The notes beneath the pieces are model-generated. The model was not told where the DNA came from, ran no database searches, and saw only the letters and a program-made list of their open reading frames with translations. From a virus: DNA of 63,920 nt. Made by a program: the position numbers and the translations under genes. The stretch covers positions 1 through 63,920 of the IMG/VR virus record IMGVR_UViG_3300010222_000003. The stretch is one strand, 5' to 3'. How positions within the stretch are numbered: the stretch's first letter is position 1; each line of letters starts with the position of its first letter. Positions 35,843 through 45,200 of the stretch are shown piece after piece.

Positions 35843-37774
35843 TCAGTCCTTTTGCGTGAACACTTCGAGCGCTCCGAGTCCCACAATGTCTACCTCGGTG
35901 GTTCCATCATCAGTTTTGGCTTGTATCTGCCCCCGCCAGATACCACCGGGGTCGTGTGGAACGATAGGCGTCATAATCGGGTCCTCATCACCGCCCGTGC
36001 TGGCTGTCGTCTCCGTTCCGGGGAAAGTCGTGTTGTTAAAATCATCCTTTAGCCGGTAGGTGCCGGTAGCGCTGGCTGTATCAACCAGCGTACTAAGTCG
36101 GATGTATCGACCGGAACAAGAAGACGGTATCGAAGGCTCCGGGACCGCAGGTTTGTTAGAATCGCTAAGCAGGTCGGTGAAACTCGTGTTTGTAGTCGAA
36201 GTACGATTACAATCGAACGTGGTAGTAACCAGGTTGATGTAATCGCCGCTTTGCCAGATTCCGCCGCTGCTTTGGCGCGATTCGGTCACAACCCGGTCCT
36301 GGCCTTCGTACAGTTGCCCCCCACGAATGGTTGACGTGGCGCTGTCGGCTGTCGTGTAGAACTGACTTTCGTTACCTGTCCCGGTTCCGTTTAATCCAGA
36401 TAACCCATCCGTGTAGGTGGGATTATCAAACATTTGGGTGTCATGGACTAAATAGGAATCACAGTAATCGTTTGCTTTGACGTACAAGTGATATTTGCTT
36501 GTCGAAGACCCGTCGTTTTCTTCCGAAATTATAATGTTGACTGGATCGGCTAAAGAACCCCCTTTCCGGGTGTGTTCTACATACGCGTTTCCGCTTCTAC
36601 AGTGTATCTCAAGTTCTATCCACCCTCCTATTCCACTATTCCAACTACCCTGATCATGTGCGCCGTATAGTCTGACGTTTGTTCGTCCGTTGTAGTTTTC
36701 ACCGTTATCGTTGATGCGTCCTAAATAGAAGTATTCAGTTCCGGAACTGGATTTGATTAGACGATCTTGTCTGTATGCCGCAGCACGGTTGACGCGGTTA
36801 TCGGTGTAGTTGTTTGCGCTGCTTTCAGCGCTGTTTGCTGCATTATCGACATAGGGTTCGGTAGCGGATGTTTCGCCTTGAATGGAAACAATGCCGTTTG
36901 GAATTTCAATTTTCCCGTCTGTATATGCTACCAGAACCCGTCCGATACCGCTGGAACCACCGGCCCACAGTCTGAAATCACGGTCATCATATCGAAAGGT
37001 GTACGGGTCGGTGTTTGACCCGTTTGACCCATCCATGTAGTGTTGTACGTCGTTATCTGCGGTGTTGATTGTAAGCGGTTGGGTAAACGTGCGGGTTCCG
37101 GTAATCGTTTCGTCCGTGCTAACAGTCGGAATTTTATTTCCACCCGCCGTAACACCGCTTTTCAAATCCGGCGGTGAACCCGCAGCAATGCTAAGCGCCG
37201 TAGCAGCGCCGCCGCTTGTGTAGTCTACGATTTCCAAAATCGAATTGGTGTCGTCCCAAGAGACCCCGAAGTCGTTATCGGCTCCGAAAAAGACTGATTC
37301 CCCGTCCGGAATCCGGGTATCGCCCCGCGGGACGATTTCGGACCCGCCGACATCGATTTCATTATCGCCGGCTCCGCTGATAGTATCCCCGGATAGGGTC
37401 ATTCCTCCGTTCGTCGCCCCGCCGGCTACAGTCCGCAGGGTGCCTACTGGATCAATCGCGAAGCGTTTGGTCCATCCACCGCCGCCGTCTTCGTGATTAA
37501 TTGACGTGGGGCTATCGCCCGTGTCAATGGCTACTTTGGGATAGTCGGCTCCGCTGGTAGTTCCTTTGTTATCGGTTATCCAAACGGCGTTATCGTCTAC
37601 CCATTGCCAAAGCGTCTGTAAGGCATCAGCATAGTTTAGTTCGGATAGGTCTACGCTACCCCCATCGACTTCGGAGTAATCGACAAGCGGCCCATCACGC
37701 CCGTCATATTTGGCTTCCTGGCCGTCAGCAGGGACGGGTAGCCCTGTGCGGTTTAGGCGGTATCCCTTAGGCAA
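35843..37774 (-). CDS. Large tail tip/baseplate protein (putative)
   Basis: 643 aa. It is the first structural gene after the tape measure (ignoring the inserted endonuclease). Gly/Thr/Ser/Asn-rich. Confidence 0.6.
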   Translation of the reverse strand: MPKGYRLNRTGLPVPADGQEAKYDGRDGPLVDYSEVDGGSVDLSELNYADALQTLWQWVDDNAVWITDNKGTTSGADYPKVAIDTGDSPTSINHEDGGGGWTKRFAIDPVGTLRTVAGGATNGGMTLSGDTISGAGDNEIDVGGSEIVPRGDTRIPDGESVFFGADNDFGVSWDDTNSILEIVDYTSGGAATALSIAAGSPPDLKSGVTAGGNKIPTVSTDETITGTRTFTQPLTINTADNDVQHYMDGSNGSNTDPYTFRYDDRDFRLWAGGSSGIGRVLVAYTDGKIEIPNGIVSIQGETSATEPYVDNAANSAESSANNYTDNRVNRAAAYRQDRLIKSSSGTEYFYLGRINDNGENYNGRTNVRLYGAHDQGSWNSGIGGWIELEIHCRSGNAYVEHTRKGGSLADPVNIIISEENDGSSTSKYHLYVKANDYCDSYLVHDTQMFDNPTYTDGLSGLNGTGTGNESQFYTTADSATSTIRGGQLYEGQDRVVTESRQSSGGIWQSGDYINLVTTTFDCNRTSTTNTSFTDLLSDSNKPAVPEPSIPSSCSGRYIRLSTLVDTASATGTYRLKDDFNNTTFPGTETTASTGGDEDPIMTPIVPHDPGGIWRGQIQAKTDDGTTEVDIVGLGALEVFTQKD

Positions 37775-37822
37775 AGCAAATCAGTCCGGTTGTTTCTATG
37801 TTGGTGCTTCGATCGTATAAAA

Positions 37823-38566
37823 TTAGCAGAAGGGTTTTTCGGCTTTCTCTTCGGGTGAAAGATCAGGGTGATCCCATTTATACCCGTAGCCCGGCGGTGG
37901 GTTGCCCATATACCGCAAGAACTTAGCGGTTTCTTTGGTGCTAAACCTAATTCTTAACCACTTTTCACCTTCATTGACACCTGTGTTATACACACCTTTA
38001 GTAAAACTGGGATTAAAAACACTTTGTTTAAAAATATTGCGTACCCTGCTGGAAACAGAGTACTGCCCACAAGCAGCAATTTTAGCACGCGGGGTCCGGG
38101 ACCGGCTATTAGTATAACACAAACTTCCGTCGCCAGAGTACCACGCTTTAAGAAAAACCGGCGAAGGTTTCAACCCCTTTGGAAACTTTTTTCCACCGCG
38201 TTTTTTGTACCACCGCTTTGCTATTTCGTCAAAAAACGGATGCGTTTTTGTTTGCCAACTATACAAAATTTTATCTCTATTTTTGTAACGCCGATTGTTT
38301 GTTTCGGTTGGTTTGCCTAACGAAAACTGACAAAAAGCGCGATCTAAGTCTTCAAGATAAGCTTTTCCGGATTTCCCTGCCATTCTAACTCTTAAATAGG
38401 GAAGCCTTTTTGTTTTCCATACTTTTTCTAACCCGCCGTCGCCTGCTAATTCTCCGACTACACGGTTTTTCAGACGGTTAGGCAGGTTGGGGTAACTACA
38501 TTCAGACAGGGCATAATGATGATTAACGCTTTTAAACTCTTTACCGCAGGCATGGCACTGATCCAT
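37823..38566 (-). CDS. Free-standing double-motif LAGLIDADG homing endonuclease
   Basis: VVGELAGDGGLEK and LKAWYSGDGSLCY motifs about 100 aa apart, plus an N-terminal CHACGK...H finger. Visibly AT-rich relative to the flanks. Confidence 0.8.
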   Translation of the reverse strand: MDQCHACGKEFKSVNHHYALSECSYPNLPNRLKNRVVGELAGDGGLEKVWKTKRLPYLRVRMAGKSGKAYLEDLDRAFCQFSLGKPTETNNRRYKNRDKILYSWQTKTHPFFDEIAKRWYKKRGGKKFPKGLKPSPVFLKAWYSGDGSLCYTNSRSRTPRAKIAACGQYSVSSRVRNIFKQSVFNPSFTKGVYNTGVNEGEKWLRIRFSTKETAKFLRYMGNPPPGYGYKWDHPDLSPEEKAEKPFC

Positions 38567-38597
38567 AGACTTTCTACACAGTAGAAAGCCTTAAAAC

Positions 38598-41500
38598 TTA
38601 GTACTCGGACAGGTAGCTGTCAAACTCGTCTTCCATACCTTTAGCGGCGTCGCGACCGCCCTGGTAGCTGTCCGCACTGACTTCGGCGTTGATATTCACG
38701 TCTACGATATTGACTGTCCCGCCGCCTGCGGCGGCGTTTGCGGCAATGCCGGGGACTTTCTCGGTTAATTTCGCCATGCGGTCCATTTCGTCCGCAGTGC
38801 CTTTCCGCGCGCTTTCCATGGCTTCGGCTACGCCGCTCCGAAGCGCGTCGGCTTCGTCGGTGGCCCCGGCAGCTAATTCACCCATCTTTCGCGCGCCTTG
38901 TTTTGCGAATTTATCCATTTCGGCCACGGAGTCTTTGCGCATGTCGGGGATTATCGACCCACCCACCACGTCTTTGTACATCGATTTGACTTTATCGACG
39001 CCTTTGTTTTTCAGTTCGTCAATTTTGCCGGTTATATCGGAGACCATACCCTTCACTGCTTTGAAGGCCTGTGTGGCCATATCTCCGATGATTCGCACCA
39101 CGTCCTTTTTCAGTGACAGGACTTTCTGTTTGCCTTTCCGGCGCATTTCTCCGGCTTTGTTTATTACGTCCGTGACCCACCCACCGACAGCGGTCATGAC
39201 TTCGGAAATCATCGTCTTGAACGCTGTCACTATATCCCCGCCCCACGTCCGGAACTGCCCCAAAATGTCGGACATGAAGCTTGTAAGGGTCGAAGTGGCG
39301 TCGCTGATCCACTGACTGACAGCCGACATAATATCCGTAATCATGGTTTGGATCGCAGTAACCATATCTCCGCCCCATGTGCGGAATTTGCGCAGAATGT
39401 CGGAGACGAAGCTGGTAATTGCGGAGGTAAAGTCGCTAATCCAGGTTTTTAGGGTGCTGATAATTTCGTTGAACATATCCGTAATCAGCGACCCGAAGAT
39501 TAGATCCTGAGCGAATTGCACGAATTTGTCGAAGGCGTCGCTGAGCGCGTTTCCGAGGAATTTGACGAATTTTCCGCCCCACTTTTTGACGAAATCGACT
39601 ATGCCGCCGAAGAGCCGTTTCGCCAGGTCTATCATGCGCTGTAGCCCGCTTTCCCAATCGCCATTCCAGATGTCAATAGCCGTGCGAATCAGGGTTGCAA
39701 TGGCGTCGAAGGCCCCTCCGAGTAAGCTGAATAGGGTATCGGAAACGAAGGTTGCCAGCGCACGAAGTTTGTCCTGATGCTTCTGTAGGAACTTGGTAGC
39801 CTTGTTAACAAACGCCAGTATTACATCGGCGATTTTGCGGAAGGTTGTGCTGAGCGCCGTGGCTAACGCTCCGACTACCAGCAGGATGTCCTTCTTGTTC
39901 TGTTTCCAGAACTTGGTCAACCGGGACAAGAACGGTTGCACAATTGAAATGACCGATTGTTTCAGTGTCTTGAAGACGTTTACGATCGTATCCAGGGCCA
40001 ATTTGACTGTGCTTTTCCATTTGCGCCCCTCTGCTTGCCAGAATTGGTTAACTTTGTCGGCGACTTTCTGGATGATTTGGGGAATTTTTTGCGCACCGTT
40101 CCGGACAGCATTCGCGACATTCCGGATAATGTTCTTGGTTTTGTTAATCAGCGGCCGCAGTTTGTTTTCCCAGAGGCCCACAATGGAACTAAGCACATTC
40201 CGGGCGATTCCTTCGATTTGGCTCAGGTCCCCGTTGAATGCAGCTTTGATAGCCGACAAGATCCGGTTTGTGGTGTCGCGAATCCCCATGAAATTGGTTT
40301 TCCATGCGGTATACAGTCCGATGACCGCCGCCACGACTATGCCAATGGGGTTTGTTAACAGGCTTAGTGCGGACCCGAGGCTTCCGAGCCGAGTAACCAG
40401 CGACAGCGCCTTCCCGCCGGCAGTGATGAACGAAGTCGCCAGTTTCGAGGCAATGAACGACCCGACGGTGCGCAGGGGGCCTAAGATTCGGCTCAGAATC
40501 GGGGCTAAGCGCGACGCGATCGGGGTCACAAGGCTCAGGACAGCGCCCTTTGCTGTAGCAAAGGCAGGGGCAAAGCGGCTTACGATCGTAGACACCACTG
40601 CGGCGTACTTCGTTTTCAGGTTTGCAACGACCAACCCAAGGGAATTAAGCCGGGTTCCGAGCGCCGCTGCTGCTTTCTTCACTACCGAAGTCTTCGAAGC
40701 CCAACTGCCGAGTGTCGTGGTTGCGGCCTTTACCGATCCGACAAGCCCCGCGGCACCGATTGCCGGAATCAGCGACCCGGTAATCGTAGTTCCAAGAGAC
40801 GACAGGGCCGATAGGACTACGCCACTGATCGTAGACGCTAAGCTGGTTAACGATCCTCCGACGACCGAAGTCTTTGCGGCCCACCCGCTAAGCGTCGGAA
40901 TGAACGAAGCGACCGCCGCCTGATAGGGCGTCAAAGCCGCTTGTACGCTTTGCACGGAGCTTTGCACCTTCGTCTTATGCTTCCGCCACAGTTTTGTAGC
41001 CGCGTTTAGAGTGCCGCGGATAACGGTTCTAAACGAAGTAAGCCGGCCTTTCACAAGCTTACTGGCGGCAGTATATGCCTTCGTGACAGCCGCCTTCACC
41101 TGAGCGCCGTGACGTTTCCAAGACCCCTGCACCCGCGACAAAGCAGCAGTCACGACAGCCGCTAATCCGCCGACTACAGTCCGAACCGTTTGACCGATAG
41201 CCTGGTATCCCGAGCGGATAGTCCGCTTTGCTTCGGTAGCATGATCAGCATACAGAACGTTGAACGTGTTGATTTTCTTGGTAAGGAATTTCAAGATGCC
41301 TGTTACCGTATCGTAAATGGTAGTCGATACGAAATTGTAGGCTTGAATCACGGGTTTGATCCCCGAGGTATGCCGATTCCAGGTTTGGGTTAACTGGGTC
41401 ACTGCGGAATTGACAGAACTTCGCAGTGCCGACGCTACAGTCGATATTTCGCGTTTGACGGTGTTGTAGGCAGGAACGACAGCGGCCATGAGCCCATCAC

Positions 41501-43208
41501 CGTGCTTTTGCCATGCCTTTTGTAGGACATCGACAGACACTTCTACCAGGTTGGAAATCCGCCCGACTTGTTTGCTGATTGCCGAGAAAATCCCTTGGTA
41601 ACTGGATTGCACTGCGGCGACTGTTTGCTGGCCGTTTTGTCGCCAGTACGTTACCAGGTCCATTAGTCGGGACTGGATCATACCGTTTACCCGGTTGATG
41701 CCACCAACTAACGTTTGGGTCAAAGTAGAGACGACCCCGCTTACGGTTTGGCTAACTTGGGACTGTAGCGGCGAAAACGCGCCTGCGATTTGTTTTATCG
41801 CCTGCGTTCCGAGGTTTTTCGCTTGAACTAACGTGTCCCCGAACTGCCGGATCGAACCCAGAACGTTGTTTGTAGCTGTTTTGATTCCAGCAAAATTTGA
41901 TTTCCAGGCGGCGTACAGTGCCGACAGCGCCACACCAACCGCGCCCGCGATAGGGACGATAGTACTGAGCGCCGCGCCAAAGGCACTGACAGCCGCGCCT
42001 GCCGCGGCGAACTGGCTTAGCCCTGCCGCCGCTCCGACAAGGCCAGCGATCAGGCCCGTAATCAGGGTAATCGCGCCAGGGATTCCTCCGAGCGCACTGT
42101 TAAAGTCGGCGAAGGCCTGAGCGGCGTTCTTAATTACACCCACGACTGACGCGAACGCGGGAAGGAACACACCGCCGGTTTGCTGTCCGATCGTAACGAT
42201 CGTATTTTTCAGCAGCTTAAGCTGATTCTTTGCCGTTTTCGACTGAATGGCAAACTCCTTTTGAAGCGAACTGCCTTTAGCGAAGGCCTTGTTAGAAACC
42301 TGCATGGCGCTGTTAACGCCTTCGATATTGTTACCCAAAGCGCTCAGAGTTTTGCGGCTGTAGGTGCTGAATTGCTTTTTGAGCGCTTTGCCTTTCTGGG
42401 TGTTGTTCGCCATGTTTTTAGCCATTTTCTTAAACAGCTTTATTGGCGAATTGTTCCGCATGTTTCTAAACTCCGAAGTAGTCATGCCCAAAGCCGCGGC
42501 GAAATCAGAGACCTTCTTGGGATTGCCGATTTCCTGAGCGACGCGGCGAAGTCCGGAACCGGCGCGCCGGGCGCTGCTGCTAACTTCGTTCATAGCGCCC
42601 GACAGCCCGATGATTTCCTGAGTAGTCAACCCGAGGTTCGTTAGGGTCCCCGCGGCGCGTTTCATCGTATCAACGATTTCCGAAGAAGACGCGGCGGCGT
42701 TGTTCGACAGGGCATTGATCGCCGAACCGAGGTTTTTCACCTTCGGGACGGGGGTTTCTGTCAATGTGGTAAGTTTTGCAAAGGCGGTGCCGGCTTCCTT
42801 CGCCGCCAGGTCGGTGGCGGTTGACATTTTACCAACCTGGGTTACGAAACTTTGAATGTTCTTTTCGGCAACACCAAAGCGGCCGGCTTGTTCGGTTAAG
42901 TTTGCCAGTTCCTTGGTAGACAAGGGAATGGTTTGGGCCATGTCCTGGATGTCACTCTTGAAGTTATTGGCAAACCCTTGGGACGTGACCTTAGCAACTT
43001 CCGCCATTTGGGATTCGAAATTAACAGCTGCTTGTGTTGCTTTTGCGATCCCACCAGCCGAAACTGCGGCTAAGGCCCCACCTGCCGCGGTGGTAGCAGC
43101 GGCGAATTGTTTAGACGAAGCTGCCGCTTGTGAAAACTCAGCGCTTACTTCGTCAGCGCCCGAAGCTGTCAGACGCGTTTCGATGACCTGTGAACCGCCG
43201 CCGAACAT
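38598..43208 (-). CDS. Tape measure protein
   Basis: 1536 aa, Ala/Thr/Ser/Val/Gly-rich with central hydrophobic segments. Directly downstream of the G/GT chaperone pair. Confidence 0.9.
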   Translation of the reverse strand: MFGGGSQVIETRLTASGADEVSAEFSQAAASSKQFAAATTAAGGALAAVSAGGIAKATQAAVNFESQMAEVAKVTSQGFANNFKSDIQDMAQTIPLSTKELANLTEQAGRFGVAEKNIQSFVTQVGKMSTATDLAAKEAGTAFAKLTTLTETPVPKVKNLGSAINALSNNAAASSSEIVDTMKRAAGTLTNLGLTTQEIIGLSGAMNEVSSSARRAGSGLRRVAQEIGNPKKVSDFAAALGMTTSEFRNMRNNSPIKLFKKMAKNMANNTQKGKALKKQFSTYSRKTLSALGNNIEGVNSAMQVSNKAFAKGSSLQKEFAIQSKTAKNQLKLLKNTIVTIGQQTGGVFLPAFASVVGVIKNAAQAFADFNSALGGIPGAITLITGLIAGLVGAAAGLSQFAAAGAAVSAFGAALSTIVPIAGAVGVALSALYAAWKSNFAGIKTATNNVLGSIRQFGDTLVQAKNLGTQAIKQIAGAFSPLQSQVSQTVSGVVSTLTQTLVGGINRVNGMIQSRLMDLVTYWRQNGQQTVAAVQSSYQGIFSAISKQVGRISNLVEVSVDVLQKAWQKHGDGLMAAVVPAYNTVKREISTVASALRSSVNSAVTQLTQTWNRHTSGIKPVIQAYNFVSTTIYDTVTGILKFLTKKINTFNVLYADHATEAKRTIRSGYQAIGQTVRTVVGGLAAVVTAALSRVQGSWKRHGAQVKAAVTKAYTAASKLVKGRLTSFRTVIRGTLNAATKLWRKHKTKVQSSVQSVQAALTPYQAAVASFIPTLSGWAAKTSVVGGSLTSLASTISGVVLSALSSLGTTITGSLIPAIGAAGLVGSVKAATTTLGSWASKTSVVKKAAAALGTRLNSLGLVVANLKTKYAAVVSTIVSRFAPAFATAKGAVLSLVTPIASRLAPILSRILGPLRTVGSFIASKLATSFITAGGKALSLVTRLGSLGSALSLLTNPIGIVVAAVIGLYTAWKTNFMGIRDTTNRILSAIKAAFNGDLSQIEGIARNVLSSIVGLWENKLRPLINKTKNIIRNVANAVRNGAQKIPQIIQKVADKVNQFWQAEGRKWKSTVKLALDTIVNVFKTLKQSVISIVQPFLSRLTKFWKQNKKDILLVVGALATALSTTFRKIADVILAFVNKATKFLQKHQDKLRALATFVSDTLFSLLGGAFDAIATLIRTAIDIWNGDWESGLQRMIDLAKRLFGGIVDFVKKWGGKFVKFLGNALSDAFDKFVQFAQDLIFGSLITDMFNEIISTLKTWISDFTSAITSFVSDILRKFRTWGGDMVTAIQTMITDIMSAVSQWISDATSTLTSFMSDILGQFRTWGGDIVTAFKTMISEVMTAVGGWVTDVINKAGEMRRKGKQKVLSLKKDVVRIIGDMATQAFKAVKGMVSDITGKIDELKNKGVDKVKSMYKDVVGGSIIPDMRKDSVAEMDKFAKQGARKMGELAAGATDEADALRSGVAEAMESARKGTADEMDRMAKLTEKVPGIAANAAAGGGTVNIVDVNINAEVSADSYQGGRDAAKGMEDEFDSYLSEY

Positions 43209-43253
43209 GATGAATCACTATTAACAGGGTGCCACAACGCGCCGCCAGGCGCG

Positions 43254-44293
43254 TTATCCGAGATTGCGCCGGGACCCAATGCGGTCCTGAGCGTTGCCGC
43301 GGGATACTGACGCCCCTGAATTGCTGTTATGGTTTTTTCGCTTTTCCTTTTCCGCGTTGTTATGCCCCTTGCGGATCGCATTTATTTCGCCGATCGTTAA
43401 CGAATAGACATCCAAGAGCGGCGTTCCATAGTTTCCGACGTACACATACAGAAAGTCCGCCAGGTCATCGTCTATCTCGTCGCGTGTCTGATTCGCCGAC
43501 TTGTGCGCCGCGAACTGCGAATCTTCCCGAACCACGTCCCCGTAGTCATCGTCCGAATCTTCAAGTCGGCCGCCTTTGCCTTCGTGCTTCGTCCGTTCAA
43601 GCAAACCCGAAGCTAACAACACGCCGTATTCTAAAACAGCCGGCATGGCCGGTTGCATACCTTTGACTTGTTCCTCGGAACACGGAGCAATGGCCGCAGT
43701 AAAGATCCGGGCCAGAGTAGCAGGCGTTCGCGGGCGGTTCTCGTATAACTCGACTATCGTACCATATTCCAAAGGCCGAATGGCGATATTTTTGAAGCCG
43801 GGGATTTCTACCGGTCGCGGGATTACATCACCCTCGGGTGTGTGTGCTGATTGCCCGTAGACTTCGATTTCTCCTAATTCTCGTTTCCCGATTCACTGAC
43901 GTTAACCGATCCATCAGCGTTCGCTTCGACTTCGACATCATCACCCATCAGCGCTTCGAGCATCCGGGACGGGGCCAGGGGCTTCATGTCCCGGACATCA
44001 TCACCGCTAAGTCCGGAGAAATCGGGACTGACATACTGGTTGGCAAAGATTTCGGCCATTTGCTCGGGGCTAAGCTCCGCTTCCCCGTCCTCGGTGTCTT
44101 CACCCCGGGTTTCGGCACTGTTTTGATTCCTCCGCCGGTAGTATTCGATAGTGCCGAAGTCGATCAGTTCGGCAGTGGCACTTCCCATGCCTTCGACCTG
44201 GATCGGTTGAACGCCTTGCGCCTGCTGCGTGTCTTCAAGATCCCAATCGGCTTCAAAGTTCTCGACTTCCTCAGGTATCTCTTCGTCGGACAT
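43254..44293 (-). CDS. Tail assembly chaperone GT fusion, made by -1 frameshift at 43883-43889
   Basis: The -1 frame is open from 43892 down to 43254 (my manual translation). ORF 43254-43772 has only a TTG start and no independent signal. Confidence 0.7.
43874..44293 (-). CDS. Tail assembly chaperone G
   Basis: 139 aa, very acidic, immediately upstream of the tape measure region. A TATTTATTATAC box lies about 27 nt upstream. Confidence 0.75.
   Translation of the reverse strand: MSDEEIPEEVENFEADWDLEDTQQAQGVQPIQVEGMGSATAELIDFGTIEYYRRRNQNSAETRGEDTEDGEAELSPEQMAEIFANQYVSPDFSGLSGDDVRDMKPLAPSRMLEALMGDDVEVEANADGSVNVSESGNEN
43883..43889 (-). promoter_or_regulatory. Programmed -1 ribosomal frameshift slippery heptamer G GGA AAC
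   Basis: The zero frame reads TCG GGA AAC GAG AAT TAG. The heptamer fits X XXY YYZ, three codons before the G stop. Confidence 0.75.
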
Positions 44294-44413
44294 ACATCGA
44301 ATGTGCTGCGGTTCCGTATAATAAATACCAGGACAGACACAATGGTATGGCCCGACACGTTTATTTGCCTGCCGCTGTTTTAGTCAAACGAAGCCACAAG
44401 GTGGCTTCGTACC

Positions 44414-44659
44414 ATGGATACACACAACACAGAAATCCCGCGGGCAAACTGGATTCCGGTTATCGAAGGTCCGGACATCAACCAGGGAATCGAAGACGGA
44501 ATACGGGACGGATGCACGTTCGTCGCCCCATCGGACCGCGGGCAAACGATAACGATCATCCGCTACCACGAATACGAACCGAACCAAACGATTACGCTGT
44601 TTCCGAGCGTCGCGGCGGAACTGACAAAGACGATGATTGACCTGATCGCCGAACAATGA
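44414..44659 (+). CDS. Hypothetical protein (plus-strand cassette gene 1)
   Basis: 81 aa. A perfect 9-bp hairpin CGAAGCCAC-AAG-GTGGCTTCG sits just 5' of the ATG. Confidence 0.6.
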   Translation: MDTHNTEIPRANWIPVIEGPDINQGIEDGIRDGCTFVAPSDRGQTITIIRYHEYEPNQTITLFPSVAAELTKTMIDLIAEQ

Positions 44660-44916
44660 CGGCACCACAAAAGCACTTTAGCGACGAAGAACGAACCGAC
44701 ACGGAATTAGCCCAAATCGCGGCGGCCGGCGGTGTCAAAGAACGCCGCACTCTGGCGTTCCGGTACGAACGCGCCCGGCGAAAACGGCGCGCCACGACCG
44801 GGGTCGAAGCGGACCGGGTAGATAACCGCGCGGAGAACTTAGCGAAGCTCTTAGATCGGGTGCATCGGATCTTCGCCGAAAAGAAGGCCCGGCGTCGCGA
44901 AGCAGAAGTGCGCTGA
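44656..44916 (+). CDS. Hypothetical highly charged protein (cassette gene 2)
   Basis: 86 aa, Arg/Glu/Lys-rich. ATGA overlap with gene 1. Its stop codon lies inside a T2 palindrome. Confidence 0.55.
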   Translation: MTAPQKHFSDEERTDTELAQIAAAGGVKERRTLAFRYERARRKRRATTGVEADRVDNRAENLAKLLDRVHRIFAEKKARRREAEVR

Positions 44917-44933
44917 ATAAACATTCAGCGCAC
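44908..44933. repeat. T2 palindrome copy 3 (GTGCGCTGAAT-AAAC-ATTCAGCGCAC, perfect)
   Basis: 11-bp perfect arms containing the stop codon of CDS 44656-44916. Confidence 0.9.
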
Positions 44934-44974
44934 GTATAGAAACACTTTTTACCAAGCGCCGGCAACGGGTAGCC

Positions 44975-45178
44975 GTGTCACGCAAAAACACACACCCGGA
45001 CGAAAGCGAACTGCGGCGTCAATTATTCGACGCAACCAAGAAAAGCCGCCAGGCCTTCGAAGTAGGAGACATCGAAAAACACGACAAATACCTGCGGACC
45101 GCCCTGGCAAAACTTAACGAACTGCGGCAAATTCCACGCGGTCCAACCGATCCCCACGTCTTAGACAAGCAGCGCTAA
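44975..45178 (+). CDS. Hypothetical protein (cassette gene 3)
   Basis: 67 aa, charged and helical-looking. Confidence 0.5.
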   Translation: MSRKNTHPDESELRRQLFDATKKSRQAFEVGDIEKHDKYLRTALAKLNELRQIPRGPTDPHVLDKQR

Positions 45179-45179
45179 A

Positions 45180-45200
45180 CTCCGTAGCTCCGCTACGGAG
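45180..45200. terminator. Bidirectional hairpin CTCCGTAGC-TCC-GCTACGGAG between convergent genes
   Basis: Lies between CDS 44975-45178(+) and 45193-46575(-), overlapping the latter's stop codon. Confidence 0.6.
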
